Below, in pieces: positions 47,170-57,246 of a DNA stretch of 64,000 bases (its first letter is position 1; every line of letters starts with the position of its first letter). The DNA lies in the NCBI GenBank assembly GCA_044347565.1, contig JBIKUN010000007.1:3307-67306 (forward strand), written 5' to 3'. Source of the stretch: Vicinamibacterales bacterium. GTDB taxonomy: Bacteria > Acidobacteriota > Vicinamibacteria > Vicinamibacterales > UBA2999. Under the pieces are notes generated by a model. It was not told the DNA's origin. It ran no database searches and worked only from the letters and a program-made list of their open reading frames with translations. Made by a program: the position numbers and the translations under genes.

Positions 47170-48741
47170 CTAGCGGCGGAACATCCGCAGCATGCGCTGC
47201 GTGACCATGAAACCGCCGACGATGTTGATCGTGGCGAGGAGGATGGCGCTGGCGCCGAGGATCACCATGAGCGATCCGGGCGGCCCGTTGAGCTGCAGCA
47301 TGCCGCCCACGAGGATGATGCCGCTGATGGCGTTGGTGACGCTCATGAGCGGCGTGTGCAGCGCCGGCGTGACGTTCCAGATGACCTGCCAGCCGATGAC
47401 GACGGCCAGCGCGAAGACGGTGACGTGCGCGAGGAACTCGCCCGGCGCCACGAGGCCGAGGCCCGTGAGCAGCACCGCCGCGACGAGCGCCGCGACGGCC
47501 GACGCGGTGCCCCCGCCAGACGTCTCGGCGCCGCCGCCATGACCGTGTCCCTTCCCGTGACCGCCCGCCTTCGCCGCCTGCGGCGGCTTCGGCGAGGCGG
47601 CAGGCGCCTTCGGCGCTGCCGCTTCCTTCTTCGGCGGCGGCCACTTCAGCTCGCCGTCGCGCAGGATGAGGGCGCCGCGCACCACTTCGTCGTTCTCGTC
47701 GATCTTGTAGTTCTTCGCCCCGCCCATGTCGCTCAGCAGGTGGCAGAGGTTGTTGCCGTAGAGGAAGCTCGCCGTGGGGGCGAGGCGGCTCGGCAGGTCG
47801 GTGTAGCCGACGATGTGCACGCCGTGGGCCTGCACCGCCTGGCCGGGCACCGTGCACTCGCAGTTGCCGCCGTTCTCGGCCGCCAGGTCGACGATGACCG
47901 AGCCGCGCTTCATGCTCTTCACCATCTCTTCGGTGATGAGCTTCGGCGCCGGTTTGTTCGGGATGAGCGCGGTCGTGACGATGATGTCCACCTCGCGCGC
48001 CTGCGCCGCGAACATCTCCATCTCGGCCTTGATGAAGGCGGGGCTCATTTCCTTGGCGTAACCGCCGCCGCCTTCGCCGTCTTCGTGCACGTCGAGTTCG
48101 ATGAACTCGGCGCCCATGCTCTTGACCTGCTCCTTGACCGCCGCGCGCGTGTCGAACGCGCGCACGATGGCGCCGAGGCCGCGGGCGGCGCCGATGGCGG
48201 CGAGGCCCGCCACGCCGGCGCCGATGACGAGCACCTTGGCGGCCGGCACCTTGCCGGCGGCCGTCATCTGCCCGGTGAAGAAGCGGCCGTAGAAGCCGGC
48301 GGCTTCGACAATCGCGCGGTAGCCGGCGATGTTCGCCATCGACGAGAGGGCGTCCATCTTCTGCGCGCGCGTGATGCGGGGAATCTGGTCCATCGCGATG
48401 GCGTGGACCTGGCGAGCGGCCATCCGGTCGATGAGGGCCTTGTTCTTCACCGGCCACAGGAAGCTGATGAGCATGGCGCCCGGCTTCAGCAGGTCGGCTT
48501 CGTCGGGGGTGGGCGGCTGTACCTTGAGCAGGAGGTCGGCTGCCGACCACAGCGCCGCGGTGTCGGGCACCACGGTGGCGCCGGCCTTCACGTAGGCGTC
48601 GTCGGCGAAGGAGGCGGCAAGACCCGCCTGCGACTCGATCCGCACCTCGAAGCCCATGCCCACGAGCCTGGCGACGGTTTCCGGCGTGGCGGCCACCCGC
48701 CGTTCGCCCTGTCCACTCTCTTTCGGAACTGCGAGCACCAT
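47170..48741 (-). CDS. pntA: NAD(P) transhydrogenase subunit alpha (fused dI + membrane part)
   Basis: [21 protein letters not shown], Rossmann [13 protein letters not shown], and C-terminal TM helices after a Pro/Ala/His/Gly-rich linker. Confidence 0.9.
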   Translation of the reverse strand: MVLAVPKESGQGERRVAATPETVARLVGMGFEVRIESQAGLAASFADDAYVKAGATVVPDTAALWSAADLLLKVQPPTPDEADLLKPGAMLISFLWPVKNKALIDRMAARQVHAIAMDQIPRITRAQKMDALSSMANIAGYRAIVEAAGFYGRFFTGQMTAAGKVPAAKVLVIGAGVAGLAAIGAARGLGAIVRAFDTRAAVKEQVKSMGAEFIELDVHEDGEGGGGYAKEMSPAFIKAEMEMFAAQAREVDIIVTTALIPNKPAPKLITEEMVKSMKRGSVIVDLAAENGGNCECTVPGQAVQAHGVHIVGYTDLPSRLAPTASFLYGNNLCHLLSDMGGAKNYKIDENDEVVRGALILRDGELKWPPPKKEAAAPKAPAASPKPPQAAKAGGHGKGHGHGGGAETSGGGTASAVAALVAAVLLTGLGLVAPGEFLAHVTVFALAVVIGWQVIWNVTPALHTPLMSVTNAISGIILVGGMLQLNGPPGSLMVILGASAILLATINIVGGFMVTQRMLRMFRR

Positions 48742-48863
48742 GAACGAGACGCCTTCCTTCGCTACGACACGAACGCCGCGGTTACGATGTACTCGCCGAC
48801 GCGATGCGGTAGCGGCACCGGGCGGCGCCCCATCATAAGCGGAACTCCACGAATCGGAACGTC

Positions 48864-49835
48864 ATGACCCGACCCGAACGCCCCCGTTGCCTCGCGTTTG
48901 CAGCCGCGTCGCTGATGCTGGCCCTGCTGGTCTCGTCCCGGCCGGTCACCGGCCAGGTAGCGGCTCCGGCCGTGCCCGTGCCGGCACCGGCGAGCGCCGA
49001 CGGCGCGGCGTTGCTTCGGTCGATCACCGCGCTCACGGCCCCCGGCATGGACGGCCGCGCCACCGGCACCGACGGCGCCCGCAAGGCGCAGGCCTGGATC
49101 GAAGCGCGGCTCGGCGCGATCGGCGTGCGCCCGGCCGGGCCTGCCGGCTACGCCGTGCCGTTCACGTTCACGAACAAGGCTGGCGCCAGCGTGACCGGCA
49201 CGAACGTCGTGGCGCGCTGCGAAGGGCGGCGCGCCGAGGCGCCGTATCTCGTCGTCTCCGCCCACTACGACCATCTCGGCATCAGGAACGGGCAGACGTA
49301 TCACGGCGCCGACGACAACGCGTCGGGCGTGGCGATGCTGCTGCACGTGGCCGCGCGGTGCGTCGTGACCCCGTTCGAGCATCCGCTGCTGCTCGCGTTC
49401 TTCGACGCGGAGGAAGCGGGGCTGCAGGGCGCGCAGGCCTTCGTGAAAGCGCCGCCGGTGCCGGCCGCGCGCCTGGCCCTCAACGTCAACTTCGATATGG
49501 TGAGCCGCAGCGCCACGCGCGAGATCTTCGTGGCGGGTCCAGGGCGCTGGCCGGCTCTGCGCCCGATCCTGGAGCCGGCCGTGGCGGATGCGCCGGTGAC
49601 CGTGCGCTTCGGCCACGACACGGGCGGGGGCCAGAACGACTGGACGAGCCAGTCGGATCACGGCGCCTTCCACGCCGCCGGCATTCCGTTCATCTACTTC
49701 GGGGTGGAAGACCATCCCGACTACCACCAGCCCACCGATACGGCCGATAAGATTGCCCCCGACTTCCTCGGCGGCGTGGCCACGGTCGTGCTGCGCGTGC
49801 TCGATGCCCTCGATCGCGCGTCCGCCTACAAGTAG
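48864..49835 (+). CDS. M28 family metallopeptidase (secreted, single-domain)
   Basis: Signal peptide, SAHYDHLG, GADDNASG, DAEEAGLQGA and SDHGAFHAAGIP. Confidence 0.8.
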   Translation: MTRPERPRCLAFAAASLMLALLVSSRPVTGQVAAPAVPVPAPASADGAALLRSITALTAPGMDGRATGTDGARKAQAWIEARLGAIGVRPAGPAGYAVPFTFTNKAGASVTGTNVVARCEGRRAEAPYLVVSAHYDHLGIRNGQTYHGADDNASGVAMLLHVAARCVVTPFEHPLLLAFFDAEEAGLQGAQAFVKAPPVPAARLALNVNFDMVSRSATREIFVAGPGRWPALRPILEPAVADAPVTVRFGHDTGGGQNDWTSQSDHGAFHAAGIPFIYFGVEDHPDYHQPTDTADKIAPDFLGGVATVVLRVLDALDRASAYK

Positions 49836-49841
49836 GCATCG

Positions 49842-50762
49842 ATGTCACGTCCGACCGCGCGGGGCGCGGCACTCGCCACACTCGCGCCCGCTCTCGACGA
49901 GGCCTACGACGGCTTCAATCTGGCGCATTCCACGCGCGATCCGATCTGGACGGTGCGGCGGTTCACCGATCCTGCGGACCAGGAGGTCGTGGCCTTCATC
50001 GCCGCCGTGCTGGCCTTTGGCCGCGTGCAGAGTGTGCTGCAGACGGTGGATGCCGTGCTCGGCGTGATGGGGCCGTCGCCGTCGGCCTTCCTGCGTGCGT
50101 TCACGCCGGCTGATGCCGGGCGATTCGACACGCTCGGGCACCGCTGGCTCCGCAGCCGCGACCTCGCCGCCCTCGCCTGGCAACTGCACCAGATGCTGCG
50201 CGACCACGGCTCGATCGAAGGGTTCTTCGCCGAGGGCGGACGTCACGCCGGCGACGAGACGGTCGAGGCCGCGCTCGAATCGTTCTCGCGGCGGGCCATG
50301 GCGCTCGACCTCTCGGCGATCTACGGGCGGGCCCGCCCGGTGCCGGGCGTGGGGTATTGCTTCTCGCGGCCGTCGTCGGGCGGCGCCTGCAAGCGCCTCA
50401 ACCTGTTCCTGCGCTGGGTGGTGCGTCGCGACGCCGTGGATCTCGGGTTGTGGTCCGCGGTCACGCCGGCGCAGCTCATCGTGCCGCTCGACACGCACAT
50501 CATCCGCGTGGGCCGCTGCCTCGGACTGACGCGGCGGGTGAGTCCCGGCTGGAAGATGGCGGTGGACATCACGGCCACGCTGCGGCACCTCGCACCGGCC
50601 GACCCGGTGCGCTACGACTTCGCCATGTGCCACCTCGGCATGATGGGCGCGTGCGGCTTCGGCACCACGCACGCAAACGCGCAGTGCCCGCTGCATCTGG
50701 TCTGCCGGCCGAAGGCCAGGCGCACGACCACCACACGTACGGCGAAGGGGACACGAACATGA
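49842..50762 (+). CDS. TIGR02757/DUF2400 family protein
   Basis: FIAAVLAFGRVQ, GACKRLNLFLRWVVRRD, VPLDTHIIRVG and the C-terminal Cys cluster CHLGMMGAC..C. Recognised from memory of the family, not searched. Confidence 0.6.
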   Translation: MSRPTARGAALATLAPALDEAYDGFNLAHSTRDPIWTVRRFTDPADQEVVAFIAAVLAFGRVQSVLQTVDAVLGVMGPSPSAFLRAFTPADAGRFDTLGHRWLRSRDLAALAWQLHQMLRDHGSIEGFFAEGGRHAGDETVEAALESFSRRAMALDLSAIYGRARPVPGVGYCFSRPSSGGACKRLNLFLRWVVRRDAVDLGLWSAVTPAQLIVPLDTHIIRVGRCLGLTRRVSPGWKMAVDITATLRHLAPADPVRYDFAMCHLGMMGACGFGTTHANAQCPLHLVCRPKARRTTTTRTAKGTRT

Positions 50763-51307
50763 GCGGCAGTGGCTACGTCCGTCGCCCGAAGGCCCTGGTT
50801 CCGGAGAAGCCGCAGGATGGCGCGCCGAGGCCGAAGAACTACATCACGCCCGGCGGCTTCAAGCGGCTCACCGAGGAGCTCCACCAGCTGTGGAAGGTGG
50901 AGCGTCCGGCCCTCGTCACGACCGTGGCGTGGGCGGCTGCTAACGGCGACCGCTCGGAGAACGGCGACTACCTCTACGGCAAGCGCCGGCTCCGCGAGAT
51001 CGATCGGCGCGTGCGTTTCCTCTCGAAGCGGCTCGATATCGCGGAGGTCGTCGACAACGCCGGCCGGACGCACGACCGGGTGTTCTTCGGCGCGACCGTG
51101 ACCTACGAGCTCGCCTCGGGCGAGGCGCGTGAGGTCACCATCGTCGGCGTGGACGAACTCGATGCCGGCGGCGAACGCATCTCCTGGCGCTCGCCGCTGG
51201 CGATGGCGCTCATCAAGGCACGAGCCGGCGACACGGTGACGCTGCGCACGCCCCGTGGGCCGGAGCGTCTCACAATCACCGACGTCCGGTACGACGACCT
51301 GGGCTAG
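50759..51307 (+). CDS. greB: Transcription elongation factor GreB (GreA/GreB family)
   Basis: ORF trimmed to ATG 50759 (ATGA overlap with the upstream stop). NYITPGGFKRLTEEL, DRSENGDYLYGK and SWRSPLAMALIKARAGD. Confidence 0.8.
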   Translation: MSGSGYVRRPKALVPEKPQDGAPRPKNYITPGGFKRLTEELHQLWKVERPALVTTVAWAAANGDRSENGDYLYGKRRLREIDRRVRFLSKRLDIAEVVDNAGRTHDRVFFGATVTYELASGEAREVTIVGVDELDAGGERISWRSPLAMALIKARAGDTVTLRTPRGPERLTITDVRYDDLG

Positions 51308-52413
51308 GCCGGCCGCTCGCGCTGCCCCGGGCGCAGGCGCTCGTAGACGGCGAGTGTGCCCTCGACGAGCCGCTCCACGCCGAACTGCGCCGCCACACGC
51401 GCCCGCCCCGCGTTGCCCACGCGCCGCCTGGCCGCGGCGTCGCCGAGCAGACGCACGATGGCGTCGGCGAGCGCCTCGCCGTTCCCGGGCGGCACGAGCA
51501 GGCCCGTCGTGCCATCGACGACCGCTTCCGGGATGCCGCCGGCGCGCGTGCCCACGATCGCCAGCCCCATCGCCATCGCGTCGAGCAGTGTCGAGCCCAG
51601 GCCTTCGGTGACCGAACTCATCACGAAGAGGTCGGCGCTCTTCGTGAGCGCCAGCACGTCGTCGCGGAAGCCGGCGAGCACGACGTGCTTATCGAGGCCG
51701 AGATCGCGGATCTGCGCTTCGAGCGCCGGCCTGAGCTCGCCGTCGCCGAAGATGACGAGCTGCGCGTCCGGCACCGTCCGCCGCACGCGGGCCATCGCCT
51801 CGACCAGGAACTTCTGGCCCTTGTGCGGCACGAGCGCGCCGACGTTCACGAGCACCGGCGATCCGTGCGGGAACCAGAACTCCCGGCGCAGATCGGCGGC
51901 GGGGATGTGCGTGACGCGGTCCACGTCGATGCCATCGTGCACGACGGTGATGCGCGCGCGCGGGATGCCGTCGGCCGCGAGGATGTCGGCAATCGCCTCG
52001 GACGCCGCGATGAAGCAGGCAACCTGCCGGTACTTCCAGCGAGAGAACGAGTGTTTCTGCAGGTGGAAGTCGACGCGCCGCGAGGCGACGAGCGTGGGCG
52101 CGGCCGGGGCCACGCCGAAGGAGAGCGCCATCGACGCCATCGCCACGGTGTGCGGGTCGTGCGCATGCACCACGTCGGGGCGGTGCATCGCGATGACGCG
52201 GGCGAGCCGCCAGGCGGCCGCCAGGTCGACCTCCGAACGTGGCGCGAGCGGCACCAGATCGTCGCCTTCGCGGGCGCGCTGATACAACACGCCCTCAGGG
52301 TGCGCCACGAGCACGGCCCGGTGGCCGCGCGCGCGCATCCCGAGCACGGTCAGCAGGACTTGCTGCTGCCCGCCGCGCCAGGTGCGGGCGGAGTCGAGGT
52401 GGAGTGCGAACAC
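51304..52413 (-). CDS. Glycosyltransferase family 4 (GT-B, LPS/EPS-type)
   Basis: ORF 51304..53073 trimmed to GTG (comp 52411-52413, VFALHLDSARTWRGGQQQ). The C-terminal EX7E region is SSVTEGLGSTLLDAMAMGLAIVGT. Confidence 0.8.
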   Translation of the reverse strand: MFALHLDSARTWRGGQQQVLLTVLGMRARGHRAVLVAHPEGVLYQRAREGDDLVPLAPRSEVDLAAAWRLARVIAMHRPDVVHAHDPHTVAMASMALSFGVAPAAPTLVASRRVDFHLQKHSFSRWKYRQVACFIAASEAIADILAADGIPRARITVVHDGIDVDRVTHIPAADLRREFWFPHGSPVLVNVGALVPHKGQKFLVEAMARVRRTVPDAQLVIFGDGELRPALEAQIRDLGLDKHVVLAGFRDDVLALTKSADLFVMSSVTEGLGSTLLDAMAMGLAIVGTRAGGIPEAVVDGTTGLLVPPGNGEALADAIVRLLGDAAARRRVGNAGRARVAAQFGVERLVEGTLAVYERLRPGQRERPA

Positions 52414-53147
52414 AATTCCCAGAGCTTGGCGAACTTCAGGGCCACGTAGGTGGCGTTGAGGGTCGAGATGACGAGACCCGGGAGACCGTCGCGAAAGCCG
52501 CCGCGCAGGACGTAGTTGCGCAGGAACGCCGCCGGCGGATGCACCGCCAGATCGAGCCAGCCGGCGGTGCGCCCGTCGTCGCGCATCTGCCGCGCGGCGA
52601 GGGTGGTGTAGCGGTCCATCGTCTGCAGATGATGCGAGAGGTTGCGGTAGGCGTAGTGCTGCAGTTCGCCGGTGAGGTCCACCACGGGGCCCTCGACCTT
52701 CACCGACTCGTGCACCAGTTTGCCCGTCCAGCGGGCGCGGCGGCGGTCGTAGAGCCGGAGCTGGTGGTCGGGATACCAGTCGGTCGACCGGATCCAGCGC
52801 CCGAGGTGGAAGGTGACGCGCGGCACGCGGTAGCCGGGCGCCGCCGGCTCGCCCTGCAGCAGCGCCCGGATCTCGGCGGCGAGCGCCGGCGAGACGCGCT
52901 CGTCGGCGTCGAGCGACAGGATCCAGTCGTGGCTGGCCGCCTCGGCGGCGCGGTTCTTCTGCGCCACGTAGCCGGGCCACGGGCGCACCAGCACCTTCGA
53001 CGTGTAGCGCCGCGCGACCTGCACCGTGGCGTCGGTGCTTTCTGAATCGACCACCACGATCTCGTCGGCCCACGCCACCGAGTCGAGCGCGGCCGCCAGG
53101 TTGGCGGCCTCGTCGCGTGTGATGATCGTGACCGACAGTTTCGGCAC
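52350..53147 (-). CDS. Glycosyltransferase family 2 (WaaE/KdtX-like)
   Basis: LSVTIITRDE, VVDSESTD and LSLDADERV. GTG start (comp 53145-53147). The 3' end overlaps the GT4 gene by 64 nt. Confidence 0.8.
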   Translation of the reverse strand: MPKLSVTIITRDEAANLAAALDSVAWADEIVVVDSESTDATVQVARRYTSKVLVRPWPGYVAQKNRAAEAASHDWILSLDADERVSPALAAEIRALLQGEPAAPGYRVPRVTFHLGRWIRSTDWYPDHQLRLYDRRRARWTGKLVHESVKVEGPVVDLTGELQHYAYRNLSHHLQTMDRYTTLAARQMRDDGRTAGWLDLAVHPPAAFLRNYVLRGGFRDGLPGLVISTLNATYVALKFAKLWELCSHSTSTPPAPGAAGSSKSC

Positions 53148-53154
53148 AGGCCGA

Positions 53155-53160
53155 ATCTTA
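53155..53160 (-). promoter_or_regulatory. -10 box TAAGAT, 7 nt before the GT2 GTG (leaderless candidate)
   Basis: Minus strand reads gagTAAGATtcggcctGTGccgaaactg. Confidence 0.35.
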
Positions 53161-53203
53161 CTCGCTCACGGCACGGGGCCGGAACCCACGCCCCGCGGGG
53201 CAT

Positions 53204-54880
53204 CTACCGCCGCTGCTGCTGCTGCTGTCCCTGGGCGCCGCCAGCCACGTTGCCTGCCGCTCCAGCCCCGGCGCCGAACCCCACGCCGGGCGTGGAGACC
53301 ACGCTGACGCCGGCTCCGCCGGCGAGCGGTGCAATCTGCGCCGTCTCGTAGTTGACCACCGACTTCAGATAGTCGATGAGCGCCTGCAGCTCGTTGTTGC
53401 GCGCCTGATTCAGGTCGCGCTGCGCCTGCAGCACGAAGAAGTTGGTGGTCATGCCGGCCTGGAACTTCTTCTCTTCGGCTTCGAGGCGCTTTTCCGCGAG
53501 CGCCCGCGACGACCGCGTGGCATCGACGCGCTTGGCGTTGGTCGTGACCGTGCGTGCCGTCTCGCGCACCTCGGTGGCGACGCGGATCTTCGACGAGTTG
53601 AGCTGCTTCTGCGACTGCGTGTTCTGCAGTTTGGCGCGCGCCAGATTGACGTCCTGCGCCGAGGTGCCGAGCGGATAGGAGAGTTGCACGGCGAACGTCC
53701 AGGTCGGGAAGTTGTTCTGCAGCAGGTCGCCGAGCACGTCGGTGTACCGTTTGGTCGCCGACCCGATGATCGGACCGGGAAACCCGGGGCCGCGGATGGC
53801 CTGCGTGCCGCCGAGACCGGTGCCGCCGTAGTCGACCGAGGCGTTCAGGTCGGGCAGGATCTGGTTCTTCAGGAAGCGGATCGAGATGTCGTTCGCCTCG
53901 ATCGTCTTCTCGGCCTGCTGGATGTCGGTGCGCGAGTCGAGGGCCTGCTGCACGGCGGCCTGCAGGTCGACCGAGACCGGCGTGAAGGCGGCGGCGTCGG
54001 TGGGCACGATTCGCGCGTTCCACTGCTCGGCGGCGTGTTCGGGGTAGATGAGCGCCCGCAGGGCGTCCTCGCTGCGGGCAATGGCGGCCTCGGCCAGGAT
54101 GACGGCTTCCTCGCGCTGTGCCACTTCGGCTTCCGCCTGCACGATATCGATCGGCGCCATCGTGCCGATTTCGACGCGGGCGCGGTTCTCCTTGAGCGAG
54201 CGCTGCGCGAGGTCGAGCGACTGGCGCTGCACGTCGAGGCTGTTCATCGCGAACACCAGATCCCAGTAGGCGTTCTTGACCGCGCGGGTGGTGGACGCAA
54301 CCGCCTCGCGCACCTGCACGTCCGAGATTTCCCGGTTCTTGCGCGACACCTGGAGCTGCTGCCGGTTGGCGTCGATGCCGAAGTTGCGCATGAGCGGCTG
54401 GGTGAAGTTCAACGTGAAGTTCGACCGCGTCTCGGGCGTGAAGTTCGCAAAGACGTTGTTGGTCGTGGCGCGGTTGTTGTTCCAGCCGACGCTGTAGCTG
54501 GCGCCACGCCACGGCAGCGCCGAGGTCAGCCCCAGGTTCAGCGCTGCCGAGTTGTCCTGCAGCTTGTTCAGGTCGCCGGCAAACAGGTTGTTGATCGGCG
54601 AGTCGCGGTTGATGCCCTGGGCGAGGGAGGTGATGCTGGGGGCCCAGGCCGACCGCGCCTGCGCGACGCCGAGGTCCTGCAACTGGGGGGTGAGCCGCAC
54701 TACTTCGAGGTCGGCGTTCTGCTGCAGCGCCAGTTCGACCGCATCGGTGATGCTCAGCCGCCGCTCGCCGGCCGGAGCCGCCGGTGTCTGGGCGTGAACA
54801 GTCGCCGCTCCGAAAACGGACAGGCCAATCAGGGCCCTCACCACCGCCGTGCCAACCGCCGACCGTCGAATCCCGAACAT
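53204..54880 (-). CDS. tolC: TolC family outer-membrane efflux protein
   Basis: ORF trimmed to MFGIRRSAVGTAVV (GGGAGAA SD). Signal peptide, LSITDAVELALQQN, two OEP repeats, and a Gly/Gln-rich C-terminal tail. Confidence 0.8.
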   Translation of the reverse strand: MFGIRRSAVGTAVVRALIGLSVFGAATVHAQTPAAPAGERRLSITDAVELALQQNADLEVVRLTPQLQDLGVAQARSAWAPSITSLAQGINRDSPINNLFAGDLNKLQDNSAALNLGLTSALPWRGASYSVGWNNNRATTNNVFANFTPETRSNFTLNFTQPLMRNFGIDANRQQLQVSRKNREISDVQVREAVASTTRAVKNAYWDLVFAMNSLDVQRQSLDLAQRSLKENRARVEIGTMAPIDIVQAEAEVAQREEAVILAEAAIARSEDALRALIYPEHAAEQWNARIVPTDAAAFTPVSVDLQAAVQQALDSRTDIQQAEKTIEANDISIRFLKNQILPDLNASVDYGGTGLGGTQAIRGPGFPGPIIGSATKRYTDVLGDLLQNNFPTWTFAVQLSYPLGTSAQDVNLARAKLQNTQSQKQLNSSKIRVATEVRETARTVTTNAKRVDATRSSRALAEKRLEAEEKKFQAGMTTNFFVLQAQRDLNQARNNELQALIDYLKSVVNYETAQIAPLAGGAGVSVVSTPGVGFGAGAGAAGNVAGGAQGQQQQQRR

Positions 54881-55034
54881 GTGCTGGTTCTCCCAGGTAA
54901 ACCGTGACCGAGGGCGCGTGCCGCCCCGGAGCCCCGTCGGGCAAGATCGCTGCCGCCCGTGCGGTGCTCCCCGCCCGCCGCGCCACAAGGATAGACGTCC
55001 CGGGCGGGGCCGGGGTTCGGCCAGTCCCCACGGC

Positions 55035-55040
55035 TATACT
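55035..55040 (+). promoter_or_regulatory. -10 box TATACT, 8 nt before the pyrE ATG (leaderless candidate)
   Basis: cggcTATACTaccgttcgATGaac. Confidence 0.4.
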
Positions 55041-55048
55041 ACCGTTCG

Positions 55049-55618
55049 ATGAACGACACCGACGTCCTGCGCCATTTCCGGGAGTCCGGCGCCCTGCTCG
55101 ACGGGCACTTCCGGCTGTCCTCGGGCCTCCACAGTTCCGGCTACCTGCAGTGTGCCCTCGTGCTGCAGCACCCCGCTCGCGCCGAGGCCCTCGGCGCCGC
55201 CATTGCCGACGCCACCCGGGCGTGGGGGGCCACGGTGGTGCTGTCGCCCGCCATGGGCGGCATCGTCATCGGCCAGGAGGTCGGCCGTGCCCTCGGCGTG
55301 CGCGCCATCTTCGCCGAACGCACTGACGGCACGCTCGCTCTGCGCCGCGGCTTCACGCTGGGTCCCGACGACCGGGTGCTCATCGTGGAGGACGTGCTCA
55401 CGACCGGCAAGTCCACCCGCGAGACCATCGACGTGGCCACGGCGGCCGGCGCCACGGTGGTGGGGGCAGCCTCGATCATGGACCGCAGCGGCGGCCAGCA
55501 CGGCCTCGACGTGCCGTTTGCCGGGCTGTGCCCGATGAACGTGCCGGCCTACACGGAAGAGGCCTGCCCGCTCTGCCAGCAGGGCCTGCCCGTGACCAAA
55601 CCCGGCTCGCGCCGCTGA
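55049..55618 (+). CDS. pyrE: Orotate phosphoribosyltransferase (short, alphaproteobacterial-type)
   Basis: GHFRLSSGLHSSGYLQCA, PRPP motif VLIVEDVLTTGKST and C-terminal CPLCQQGLPVTKPGSR. Confidence 0.85.
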   Translation: MNDTDVLRHFRESGALLDGHFRLSSGLHSSGYLQCALVLQHPARAEALGAAIADATRAWGATVVLSPAMGGIVIGQEVGRALGVRAIFAERTDGTLALRRGFTLGPDDRVLIVEDVLTTGKSTRETIDVATAAGATVVGAASIMDRSGGQHGLDVPFAGLCPMNVPAYTEEACPLCQQGLPVTKPGSRR

Positions 55619-55632
55619 CGGCGGGAAGCGCG

Positions 55633-56424
55633 ATGACCGCGCGCGCACGCACCCTGCGCCTCGTGCTCGCCTACGACGGGGCCGATTTCGCCGGCTGGCA
55701 GCGCCAGGCCGGCCAGCGCACCGTGCAGGGCGAACTCGAGGACGTCATCGGGCGCATCGAGGGCGCGCCGGTGCACGTGGCCGCCTCCGGGCGCACCGAC
55801 GCCGGCGTGCACGCCGCCGCCCAGGTCGCGAGCATCACGCTCACGGCGGCCATCACGCCCGAGCGGCTCGTGCGGGCGTGTAACGCCACGTTGCCGGTGG
55901 ATGTGCGCGTCGTCGCCGCGGAGGAAATGCCGGATCGGTTCCACGCCCGCATCCACGCCCGCGGCAAGACCTACCGCTACTTCATCTGGCACGCGCCGGC
56001 CGGCCAGCCGCTCCTGCGGCGGGTGGCCTGGCACGTGCCGCAGCGCCTCTCGCTCGCGTTGATGCAGGAGGCGGCGGCGCTCTTCGTGGGCGAACACGAT
56101 TTCTCGGCCTTCCAGGCTGCGGGCAGCTCCGTGCAGACCACGGTGCGCCGCATCTGGACCGCCACCGTCGAACCCGACGCGACCCTGCCGCCCTGGTGCG
56201 CCGCCCCCGACGACCGCGGCCGGCTGCTGACCTTCGAGGTGGCCGGGTCGGGCTTCCTGCGCCACCAGGTGCGCGCCATGGCCGGCACGCTCGTGCTCGT
56301 GGGGAAAGGGCGGCTCTCGCTGGCCGACGTCCGCCGGGCGCTGGCCGGCGGGGCTCGGGCCACGGCCGGCCCCACCGCGCCCGCCTGCGGACTGCACCTC
56401 TGGAAGGTGCACTATCCGGAGTAA
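55633..56424 (+). CDS. truA: tRNA pseudouridine(38-40) synthase
   Basis: ORF trimmed to ATG 55633. YDGADFAGWQRQ, GRTDAGVHA and FLRHQVR. Confidence 0.9.
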   Translation: MTARARTLRLVLAYDGADFAGWQRQAGQRTVQGELEDVIGRIEGAPVHVAASGRTDAGVHAAAQVASITLTAAITPERLVRACNATLPVDVRVVAAEEMPDRFHARIHARGKTYRYFIWHAPAGQPLLRRVAWHVPQRLSLALMQEAAALFVGEHDFSAFQAAGSSVQTTVRRIWTATVEPDATLPPWCAAPDDRGRLLTFEVAGSGFLRHQVRAMAGTLVLVGKGRLSLADVRRALAGGARATAGPTAPACGLHLWKVHYPE

Positions 56425-56441
56425 TATCCCTTGTTCCGTCC

Positions 56442-57233
<792 letters not shown>

Positions 57234-57246
57234 GGTTCCCGCCGTC

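Noticed and set aside
53166-55031. 621-aa minus-strand ORF in another frame of the tolC region, and the 407-aa plus-strand ORF 53684..54907
   Set aside because: These are shadow frames of the TolC gene. They have a low-complexity R/G/A/P composition.
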